From positions 35,982-99,981 of the forward strand of contig NZ_JAWLCK010000001.1 of the NCBI RefSeq assembly GCF_041687175.1: a DNA stretch of 64,000 nucleotides, written 5' to 3'. This DNA is from Lutispora sp. (GTDB lineage: Bacteria; Bacillota; Clostridia; Lutisporales; Lutisporaceae). Under the pieces are notes generated by a model. It was not told the DNA's origin. It saw nothing but the letters and a program-made list of their open reading frames with translations, and made no database searches. Positions 57,439 through 64,000 of the stretch are shown piece by piece. The number at the start of each line of letters is the position of its first letter. Within the stretch, counting starts at the first letter, position 1. The translations under genes and the position numbers were made by a program.

Positions 57439-59070
57439 TTATTCTACAGATAAAATGTAATAATACAATGGCTGACCCCCATAATGCACTTCTACATCGC
57501 AATCCTCATAGTTTGCTTTAAGATCTTCTTCCAGCTTTAAAGCATCATCTTCACTTACATCATTACCGTAATATATGGTTATTAGAGAAGAATCTTCATC
57601 TATCATTGCATTCATTACTTTATTTATTACATCTGTTATTTCTTCACCAACTGCACTTATCTTCCCCTCAGTGATACCTAAAAAGTTTCCTTCTTCTATG
57701 TCTACTCCGTCAAAGTTAGAATCTCTTACCGCATAGGTTATAAGACCTGTCTTTACCTCTCCGATAGCTCTATTCATCTTTTTTACATTATCTTCAATAG
57801 ATTTTTCGTAGTCTAGTGTCATTAAAGCGCTTATACCCTGAGGTATAGATTTTGTGGGTATAACAACAATATTCTTTTTCGACAATGATTTTGCTTGGTT
57901 TGCCGCCAGAATAATATTGCCATTATTAGGCAATATTATTATATTTTCCGCTCTTATCCTATCCACACTCTTCAAAATATCTTCAGTGCTGGGATTCATT
58001 GTTTGTCCACCTTCGATTATTTCATCCGCTCCAAGATCCTTGAAAATTCTTGAAATCCCTGAACCCATTGCTACAGCAACTACTCCATATTTTTTCATTT
58101 CCTGGTTAGCAGCTTTTTCTTCCTCACTTAACAATAATTCCTGATGCTGCTCCCTCATATTATCAATTTTGATTTTTGACAAATATCCAAATCGTAAAGC
58201 TTCTTCAATAACAGTTCCTGGATTATTGGTATGAATATGGACTTTTATAAGGTTTTCATCCCCTACAACTACAATTGAATCCCCTATATCAATTATTTTC
58301 TTTTTAAATTCTTCAGGATTTAAATCCCTGCCCTTAATAAAAAACTCAGTACAGTATCCAAAAACGATGTCATCATCGTAAATGGGCTTAGAAATATCTG
58401 ATTCTGTTTCTTCTAAAGGCTCTTCTGAAAGCTGTATGATTTCCCCCGTAACAAGTCGTTGGTGCATGCCTTTAAGAATAAATATTAAGCCTTTTCCTCC
58501 TGCATCAACAACTCCTGCCTGCTTTAAAATAGGAAGCATCTCAGGAGTTTTGTTCAATGTTTCATTAGCCTTATCAATAACTTTTTCAAGGAAATTGGTT
58601 ATATTTGGGGTACTCTTTGCTATTTTTATTCCAAACTCTGCACATTCTCTTATAACAGTCAATATGGTTCCTTCTGTAGGCTTCATTACGGCCTTATAAG
58701 CAGTATTGGAACCTTCCATAAGCGCATTGGCTAATGCTAATGAATCTATCTCCTTAACATTTTTTAATCCTTTAGCAAAGCCTCTGAATATTTGAGACAA
58801 TATTACTCCTGAATTACCTCTGGCTCCCATGAGGGAACCAGTAGCAGCTGAATCTGCTACTAAACTAACATCTAAATCTTTACATTTGTTTATTTCTTTT
58901 ACCGCAGAGTTCATAGTCAAGGACATATTTGTGCCCGTATCTCCATCTGGCACTGGAAAAACATTAAGTGAATTCACTAGAGCTTTGTTATTCTCAAGGT
59001 TATTAGCACCTGATATTATCATATCCTTCAGATGCAACCCACTTATTACTTCTCTATGTAAGTCTGACAA
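57439..59070 (-). CDS. yloV: DAK2 domain fusion protein YloV (FakA-like fatty acid kinase ATP-binding subunit family)
   Basis: Dak2 motif LNVFPVPDGDTGTNMSLT, with central and C-terminal DegV-like/YloV domains. I place the start at TTG 59070 (AAGGAGG SD 8 nt upstream). The ORF-track ATG at 59115 would overlap yloU by 23 nt. The FakA role is by family analogy only. Confidence 0.88.
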   Translation of the reverse strand: MSDLHREVISGLHLKDMIISGANNLENNKALVNSLNVFPVPDGDTGTNMSLTMNSAVKEINKCKDLDVSLVADSAATGSLMGARGNSGVILSQIFRGFAKGLKNVKEIDSLALANALMEGSNTAYKAVMKPTEGTILTVIRECAEFGIKIAKSTPNITNFLEKVIDKANETLNKTPEMLPILKQAGVVDAGGKGLIFILKGMHQRLVTGEIIQLSEEPLEETESDISKPIYDDDIVFGYCTEFFIKGRDLNPEEFKKKIIDIGDSIVVVGDENLIKVHIHTNNPGTVIEEALRFGYLSKIKIDNMREQHQELLLSEEEKAANQEMKKYGVVAVAMGSGISRIFKDLGADEIIEGGQTMNPSTEDILKSVDRIRAENIIILPNNGNIILAANQAKSLSKKNIVVIPTKSIPQGISALMTLDYEKSIEDNVKKMNRAIGEVKTGLITYAVRDSNFDGVDIEEGNFLGITEGKISAVGEEITDVINKVMNAMIDEDSSLITIYYGNDVSEDDALKLEEDLKANYEDCDVEVHYGGQPLYYYILSVE

Positions 59071-59092
59071 TATTTGAACCTCCTTAAAAGAG

Positions 59093-59443
59093 CTATACTC
59101 TAACTCCTTGTACATTAATATTTACCTTTTTTACCTTCAAACCTGTTAAATTCTCCAAAGTATATTTTACTTTGCTTATAATGTTATCTGCAATAACTGA
59201 TATTTTTGTACCGAATTCAACTATAATATATAAATCTATGATTATTTCCTCACCATCAGAAGACACTTTTACTCCTTTACTGAGGTTTTCTCTTTTTAAT
59301 AGCTCAACTATGCCATCTTTTGCGCTTTTTGAAGCCATGCCAACAATACCATAGCATTCAGTAGTTGCTAATCCGGCTAAGGAAGCTAAAACATCATCAG
59401 ATATATTAATTTCACCAAAATCTGTTCTCATCTTACCTGGCAT
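59093..59443 (-). CDS. yloU: Asp23/Gls24 family envelope stress protein (YloU)
   Basis: GEINISDDVLASLAGLATTECYGIVGMASK......L.......KGV.V......I.IDLYIIVE.G..I, the Asp23 family pattern. Paired with yloV as in Bacillus and Staphylococcus. Confidence 0.9.
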   Translation of the reverse strand: MPGKMRTDFGEINISDDVLASLAGLATTECYGIVGMASKSAKDGIVELLKRENLSKGVKVSSDGEEIIIDLYIIVEFGTKISVIADNIISKVKYTLENLTGLKVKKVNINVQGVRV

Positions 59444-59758
59444 TATATCGCCTCCTGCTTTTTACATATATTTTATAACAACGGAGGTAATTGCGCAAGA
59501 CACACAACACACACCGTTTCAAATATAGAATGCATCCATACAATATTTATTATAAGTCATATCTGTCATTTGTATATGATGAATTCCTTTTTTTCCTCAT
59601 TATATTATATAATTATTTTCTTCAAGAAATAATAGTATATAAGCAACATCTGGCTTATTAAGTAAATATTTTATTTGCATTATTGCCTTTAGTGTACCAT
59701 ATGTGTTAAAATAATAATGTTTTATATGAAGGTAATCAACCGAAGGAGGTGTGCATAT

Positions 59759-59950
59759 ATGGCAAGACATTGTGAAGTGTGCGGAAAAGGTATGATTTCA
59801 GGAAACAAAGTAAGTCACTCAATGAGGCATAGCAGGAGAGTATGGCGTCCCAATATTAGAACAGTAAGAGCTATAGTAAACGGTTCCTCAAAAAGAATCC
59901 ATGTTTGTACTAGATGTTTAAGATCCGGAAAAGTAGAAAGAGCAATATAA
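59759..59950 (+). CDS. rpmB: 50S ribosomal protein L28 (Zn-ribbon form)
   Basis: MARHCEVCGKGMISGNKVSHSMRHSRRVWRPNIRTVRAIVNGSSKRIHVCTRCLRSGKVERA. Start at ATG 59759 (GGAGGTG SD). Confidence 0.96.
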   Translation: MARHCEVCGKGMISGNKVSHSMRHSRRVWRPNIRTVRAIVNGSSKRIHVCTRCLRSGKVERAI

Positions 59951-60048
59951 TAGAACTACTCTTTCTATCTAGAACTATCTAGAAAATTCAAGAAAATTTA
60001 CTGAACCCATACTACCTTTGAGTGTTGGTTCAGTAAGAATTGAGAGAG

Positions 60049-60080
60049 AGGTTTCACCAGAAACCTTTCTTTAATTTTTG
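60049..60080. terminator. Terminator shared by convergent rpmB (+) and the mini membrane-protein genes (-)
   Basis: AGGTTTC-acca-GAAACCT followed by TTCTTTAATTTTTG on the plus strand. The purine/A-containing 5' flank gives partial function in the other direction. It overlaps the stop of the 49-aa ORF. Confidence 0.65.
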
Positions 60081-60220
60081 TACAAATATACGCCAGCACA
60101 AATTAAAGCAATAGCTGACAACATTATCCATCCCATAAGAGGCATAGTTACTGCTAATAAAACTCCAAGTCCAATGGAAAACACCAATAATCCTGCTACC
60201 TTTTTCTTTTTATAGCTCAA
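60071..60220 (-). CDS. Mini membrane protein (49 aa, two predicted TM helices), TTG start
   Basis: Below the ORF-track size cutoff. My translation is M(TTG)SYKKKKVAGLLVFSIGLGVLLAVTMPLMGWIMLSAIALICAGVYLYKN, stop TAA at 60071. GGGGG SD lies 7 nt upstream. It is a paralogue of the adjacent 51-aa ORF. Confidence 0.6.
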   Translation of the reverse strand: MSYKKKKVAGLLVFSIGLGVLLAVTMPLMGWIMLSAIALICAGVYLYKN

Positions 60221-60235
60221 AACTATACCCCCTGT

Positions 60236-60391
60236 CTAACCGAACAATGAAATATAAATTAAGTAGCAAATTGAGGCAATGAATAATGTTATTACTGTAT
60301 ACCAAGCCCAGGCGGGCAATACTCTTATCAATATAGTAGCTGCCAATACTATGCACATAATCCCTGCAAACTTTCTATAGGAATACCCCAT
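60236..60391 (-). CDS. Mini membrane protein (51 aa, two predicted TM helices)
   Basis: The internal ATG at 60391 has a GGGGGGG SD 5 nt upstream. Product: MGYSYRKFAGIMCIVLAATILIRVLPAWAWYTVITLFIASICYLIYISLFG. The ORF-track version (to 60469) overlaps the thiN stop. Confidence 0.6.
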   Translation of the reverse strand: MGYSYRKFAGIMCIVLAATILIRVLPAWAWYTVITLFIASICYLIYISLFG

Positions 60392-60465
60392 ATGAACCCC
60401 CCCAGCTCCAAATAAAAAAACCTCTATACTAATATATAATATTCGTATAAAGGTATTTTTGTTAA

Positions 60466-61098
60466 TCAATCTTGAGATTTTATTACCAATAAATATCCAT
60501 TTCTAATTCTTATATCCACATTTTCTTCTTTAAATTCATTGCTAGTTCCATAGGGGTCTCCAATTTCCATTACAGCATCCTCCAAATCATATTTAGCTCC
60601 ACTAATAAATATGCCTTCCACTCGTTGAGTCAAAGGAATGACAGAAAAAAAATCTCCTGGCTTTCCACTTATAGTGATGTTTTTATCTATCAAAAATATT
60701 TCATTCTGCTTATCTGCTATATATATTTTTATTCCTCTATCTACTCCCAGCTTTAATAATGAAATGTTTGCCAAAGTATGATCCAGCCTGCTTCCAGTAG
60801 CACCAAAAAGAACAATCTCATCTGAGAAGTCCAAGGCTTTTAGTACACATATATGACTATCCGACTTATCTTTTTCTATAGGATGCTTTTCAAACTTTAT
60901 ACCGAGTTTTTTATAGTATTCTAAATATACTTTATTTGAAGAATCAAAATCACCAATTATGAGATCCGGATTTACTCCCATTTTGTAAGCGTGCTTTGTA
61001 CCACCATCAGCACATATGATATAATCTGCAGAACTGATAATCCTGCTACAATATTCATAATCTGTGATTTCTCCATTACATATTATAATGGTTTTCAT
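60466..61098 (-). CDS. thiN: Thiamine diphosphokinase (ThiN/YloS)
   Basis: IICADGGTKHAYKMGVNPDLIIGDFDS, FGATGSRLDHTLANI, and a C-terminal thiamine-binding beta domain. Overlaps the rpe stop by 1 nt. Confidence 0.92.
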   Translation of the reverse strand: MKTIIICNGEITDYEYCSRIISSADYIICADGGTKHAYKMGVNPDLIIGDFDSSNKVYLEYYKKLGIKFEKHPIEKDKSDSHICVLKALDFSDEIVLFGATGSRLDHTLANISLLKLGVDRGIKIYIADKQNEIFLIDKNITISGKPGDFFSVIPLTQRVEGIFISGAKYDLEDAVMEIGDPYGTSNEFKEENVDIRIRNGYLLVIKSQD

Positions 61099-61754
61099 TA
61101 ATCTTCATCTGCCTTTTTCATAAGTCTGATAGTATCTTTAACATTATCTGAGTTAAATATGGCAGAACCTGATACAATAATTTCCGCTCCACACTCACAT
61201 ACCTGTTTAATATTATCTAATCCAATACCACCATCTACTTGAATGGGTATTGTTATGTCCATACTTTGTAAGTACTCTTTTAATGAGCTTATTTTATTAT
61301 ATATTGATGGAATAAACTTCTGTCCACCGAAACCTGGATTAACAGACATAATCAGTATCATATCCAGATCATCCAATACATGCTCTATAACATTTATCGG
61401 CGTTGCTGGGTTTAAAGCTAAACCAGCCTTTACTCCTTCATTTCTTATCATCTGCAAAAGTCTGTGGATGTGCTTTGAAGCTTCTGCATGAACAGTTATT
61501 ATATTTGCTCCAGCTTTGACAAAATCCTTTACATATTGTTCCGAATTTTCTATCATCAAGTGTACGTCAAAGGTCAAATCAGTCACTTTTCTCAAACTTT
61601 TTACTACAGGAGCTCCAATGGTTATGTTTGGAACAAAATGACCATCCATAACATCAATATGAATCATGTCTGCTCCAGCCTCTTCAATAATTCTAACATC
61701 TGAAACCAAATTTGCAAAATTTGCAGATAATATGGATGGTGCTATTTTTATCAA
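61098..61754 (-). CDS. rpe: Ribulose-phosphate 3-epimerase
   Basis: IAPSILSANFANL, HIDVMDGHFVPNIT, DVHLM, MSVNPGFGGQKFI, VDGG. Confidence 0.97.
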   Translation of the reverse strand: MIKIAPSILSANFANLVSDVRIIEEAGADMIHIDVMDGHFVPNITIGAPVVKSLRKVTDLTFDVHLMIENSEQYVKDFVKAGANIITVHAEASKHIHRLLQMIRNEGVKAGLALNPATPINVIEHVLDDLDMILIMSVNPGFGGQKFIPSIYNKISSLKEYLQSMDITIPIQVDGGIGLDNIKQVCECGAEIIVSGSAIFNSDNVKDTIRLMKKADED

Positions 61755-61755
61755 A

Positions 61756-62628
61756 TTAATACCTCCTATTTTTCATCAAATCACATAAAATCTCTATATA
61801 ATGTTCATATCTTATGGGGTTAATGTTTCCTTCTTCCAATGCTCTTTTCACTCCGCATTCCGGTTCCTTATAGTGTCTGCAGGAAGGATATCGGCAGCGG
61901 AGATGCTCTTCAAACTCAGGGAACAAGTATTGCAATTCTTCTTCTTTTATATCTACCAGATCAAATGAAGTAAAACCAGGTGTATCTACTACCATGCCCC
62001 CAAAATTGAGCTTAATAAGCTCTGCATGTCTTGTTGTGTGAGTCCCTCTTTCAGTCTTGCGGCTTAAATCACCTGTCTTTAGGAACAAGCCTGGACTTAT
62101 GGCATTAAGCAATGAAGATTTGCCTGCTCCAGAGGGTCCTGCAAAGACTGAAATTTTACCAACCAGTTTGTTCCTTAAATCACCAATGCCTATACCTTCT
62201 AATACACTAGTGCAAATATAATCATAAGGCACACTGGAAAGCATTTCTTCTATAGGTTTAGCTTCGTTAGTTTCATCTAAATCAACTTTATTTAAACAAA
62301 CAACTATTCTAAGCCCTATATGCTCACTATACACTAAAAACTTCTGAAGCAAGCTTATATTAATATCAGGTCTTTTTATAGCAAATACTATTATAACCTG
62401 GTCAACATTAGCAACCATTGGCCTCTGAAGCTGATTTTTTCTTTTATGGATATTAAGGACATACCCTTGTTTGCTTTTTTCATTAACTTCAATATCAACC
62501 CTATCTCCAACCAAGGGTATTATATTATCCTTTCTGAATCTTCCTCTGGCTCTGCACTCGTATATGTTCTCGCCTGTATCCACATAATAGAAACCGCCAA
62601 TGCCTTTTATAATAGTACCTGATATCAT
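61756..62628 (-). CDS. rsgA: Ribosome small subunit-dependent GTPase A (RsgA/YloQ/CpgA)
   Basis: N-terminal OB fold, circularly permuted GTPase (LNKVDL ... GPSGAGKSSLLNAI ... DTPGF) and a C-terminal zinc knuckle CRYPSCRHYKEPEC. Confidence 0.95.
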   Translation of the reverse strand: MISGTIIKGIGGFYYVDTGENIYECRARGRFRKDNIIPLVGDRVDIEVNEKSKQGYVLNIHKRKNQLQRPMVANVDQVIIVFAIKRPDINISLLQKFLVYSEHIGLRIVVCLNKVDLDETNEAKPIEEMLSSVPYDYICTSVLEGIGIGDLRNKLVGKISVFAGPSGAGKSSLLNAISPGLFLKTGDLSRKTERGTHTTRHAELIKLNFGGMVVDTPGFTSFDLVDIKEEELQYLFPEFEEHLRCRYPSCRHYKEPECGVKRALEEGNINPIRYEHYIEILCDLMKNRRY

Positions 62629-62641
62629 ATATCATCCTCCA

Positions 62642-64000
62642 TTAAAAATTATAAACTGTGCTATCATGAAAACTGTTATTTATATAAACTTCAAACAATA
62701 CTTGCCCGGTGCCATTTACCTCTATCTTTAAGGGGCTGTCTGATGGAGAATGGGTCTTCTCATAGATCAATGAACTTTTTTCTCCTTCTATCTTAAATAT
62801 AGTGACTTTCATGGTATCTAGGTTTTTTGGCAAATCTACGTTTAAATATGTCTTTTTGGCAGGTTCCTCCTTTGGACCCTTGCTTATGACGAAGTCAACC
62901 ACACTTTTCTTGCTAACTTCAGTACTTGCCCTAGGTGTTTGGCTTATTACACTTCCTGCTGGAATTTCATCGCTGTAGTCTTCAGTTACATTGCCCAATA
63001 TTAAATCTAAAACAATCAATTGATTTTTTACTTCCTCAATATTCGTTCCAGTGAAATCTGTCATGAAGAATTTCTCTGGACCGCCACTGATTACATAGTC
63101 TATCTTTGTACCTTCATCCACGCTTAGTCCAGGAGCTATACTCTGTCTTATAACTACTCCACTAGGGTATTGGCTATACTCCTGGGAAACCTCACCTTCT
63201 TCAAGTCCAACACTTTCTAAGATTATATCAACTTCATCATAATTCTTGCCTACAATAGGTGGAACCTCTACCTTTTTTGGACCTTTGCTAACAATCACTC
63301 TTACTGGATTTGTTACCTTATTTTGTGAATCGGGCTTCGGATCCTGCATAACAATATGCCCTTCTGGAACATCTTTGTTATATACTCTCTCTTCTGCCAC
63401 ATCCATTAAAAGATCCAATTTCTCTAACTCCTTGCGCGCATCTTCTTCGCTATAACCGATTATATTAGGTACTTTTACTACCTTTACATTGAATATACTA
63501 TTTAAAAACATATACCCACCAAAAGTCAGTATAGCTAAAAACAATCCTGAGAGTATTGCTATAATTGTTATCTTTTTGCTGCTATCAGTTTTCTTTGTTT
63601 TAACTTCTGGCTTATTCTCAGATTCCAATTGTTCCTTTACATCTATATATTTAATTGGTTCAATCACCTTAGTGTTCTCATCCAGTACCTTATTCTTCTT
63701 TACAAAATCACCGTTTGGCATTATTAGCGATTGCTTAAGATCGGCAATTATTTCTCCCACATTACTATACCTTAGTGCAATATCCTTTTCCATGGCTTTC
63801 ATAATAATGTCTTCTAAACTCTTAGGAATTCTATTGTTTATTAGTCTGGGTTTCTCAGGTTCTTCCTGTATATGCTTCAAGGCAACGGATATAGGCGTTT
63901 CTCCTTCAAAAGGAATCCTACCTGTTACAAGTTCATACATTACAACACCCATAGAGTAAATATCTGATTTTTCATCTGTATACCCACCTCTTGCTTGCTC
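62642..64000 (-). CDS. prkC: Ser/Thr protein kinase PrkC with PASTA repeats (N-terminal kinase part lies beyond the window)
   Basis: The frame stays open upstream of the listed Met to base 64000 (EQARGGYTDEKSDIYSMGVVMYELVTGRIPFEG = kinase subdomains VIII-IX). Then a TM (ITIIAILSGLFLAILTFGGYMFL), three PASTA-like repeats (VPNIIGYSEEDA..; VPPIVGKNYDE..; MTDFTGTNIEE..) and a C-terminal beta domain. Confidence 0.93.
   Translation of the reverse strand, partial: EQARGGYTDEKSDIYSMGVVMYELVTGRIPFEGETPISVALKHIQEEPEKPRLINNRIPKSLEDIIMKAMEKDIALRYSNVGEIIADLKQSLIMPNGDFVKKNKVLDENTKVIEPIKYIDVKEQLESENKPEVKTKKTDSSKKITIIAILSGLFLAILTFGGYMFLNSIFNVKVVKVPNIIGYSEEDARKELEKLDLLMDVAEERVYNKDVPEGHIVMQDPKPDSQNKVTNPVRVIVSKGPKKVEVPPIVGKNYDEVDIILESVGLEEGEVSQEYSQYPSGVVIRQSIAPGLSVDEGTKIDYVISGGPEKFFMTDFTGTNIEEVKNQLIVLDLILGNVTEDYSDEIPAGSVISQTPRASTEVSKKSVVDFVISKGPKEEPAKKTYLNVDLPKNLDTMKVTIFKIEGEKSSLIYEKTHSPSDSPLKIEVNGTGQVLFEVYINNSFHDSTVYNF

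Noticed and set aside
59951-60000. The direct repeat TAGAACTA...TAGAACTA...TAGAAAAT just after rpmB, and a 10-bp stem (TTACTGAACC/GGTTCAGTAA, 59998..60036).
   Set aside because: The repeats are short with no associated gene. The stem has a 19-nt loop and lies upstream of the better terminator at 60049..60080. It is probably part of the rpmB 3' UTR.
1-64000. A search by eye for tRNA/rRNA genes, CRISPR repeat arrays, IS element ends, integrase or recombinase genes, and prophage or defence modules.
   Set aside because: None found. All intergenic gaps are 372 bp or shorter and are accounted for by promoters, leaders and terminators. No periodic repeat-spacer structure is visible.

Overview
This 64-kb window is low-GC, Firmicutes-type chromosomal backbone from a spore former (spoVS and ylbJ are present). 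I call 74 CDS, 70 of them on the minus strand. Read along the minus strand from 64000 to 1, the order is: prkC(partial)-rsgA-rpe-thiN; two mini membrane-protein genes; rpmB (opposite strand); yloU(asp23)-yloV(DAK2/FakA-like)-recG; rsmD-coaD and a coiled-coil ORF; ylbJ (opposite strand); patatin/ylbK; tmcAL/ylbM (opposite strand); ackA; yceD-rpmF; fapR-plsX-fabH-fabK-fabD-fabG-acpP-fabF; rnc, an ELP3-like radical SAM gene and spoVS; smc-ftsY-ylxM-ffh-rpsP-ylqC-rimM-trmD-rplS-rbgA-rnhB; a FliK-like/FlhB-C-like pair; yraN and a YtqB/MnmM-like methyltransferase; comM (opposite strand); dprA-topA-hslVU-codY; and then 23 genes of the major flagellar (fla/che-type) operon, flgB through fliQ(partial). 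From memory, this order is nearly colinear with the Bacillus subtilis ylo-ylp-ylq-ylx-fla/che region.

I found no rRNA, tRNA, CRISPR array, transposase, integrase, phage or recognisable defence gene, and no unexplained gap longer than about 370 bp. I therefore see no accessory island and no convincing novel multi-gene system.

The least characterised elements, all modest in interest, are:
- an orphan FliK-C-like / FlhB-CC-like gene pair outside the flagellar operon;
- two tandem paralogous mini membrane-protein genes at the position spoVM occupies in Bacillus (one is absent from the ORF track and starts with TTG);
- an ELP3-like radical SAM gene translationally coupled to rnc;
- an internally repeated coiled-coil ORF;
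- several intra-operon stem-loops and operator/promoter candidates.

Several ORF-track starts are over-extended. I corrected them using Shine-Dalgarno (SD) placement and family N-termini.
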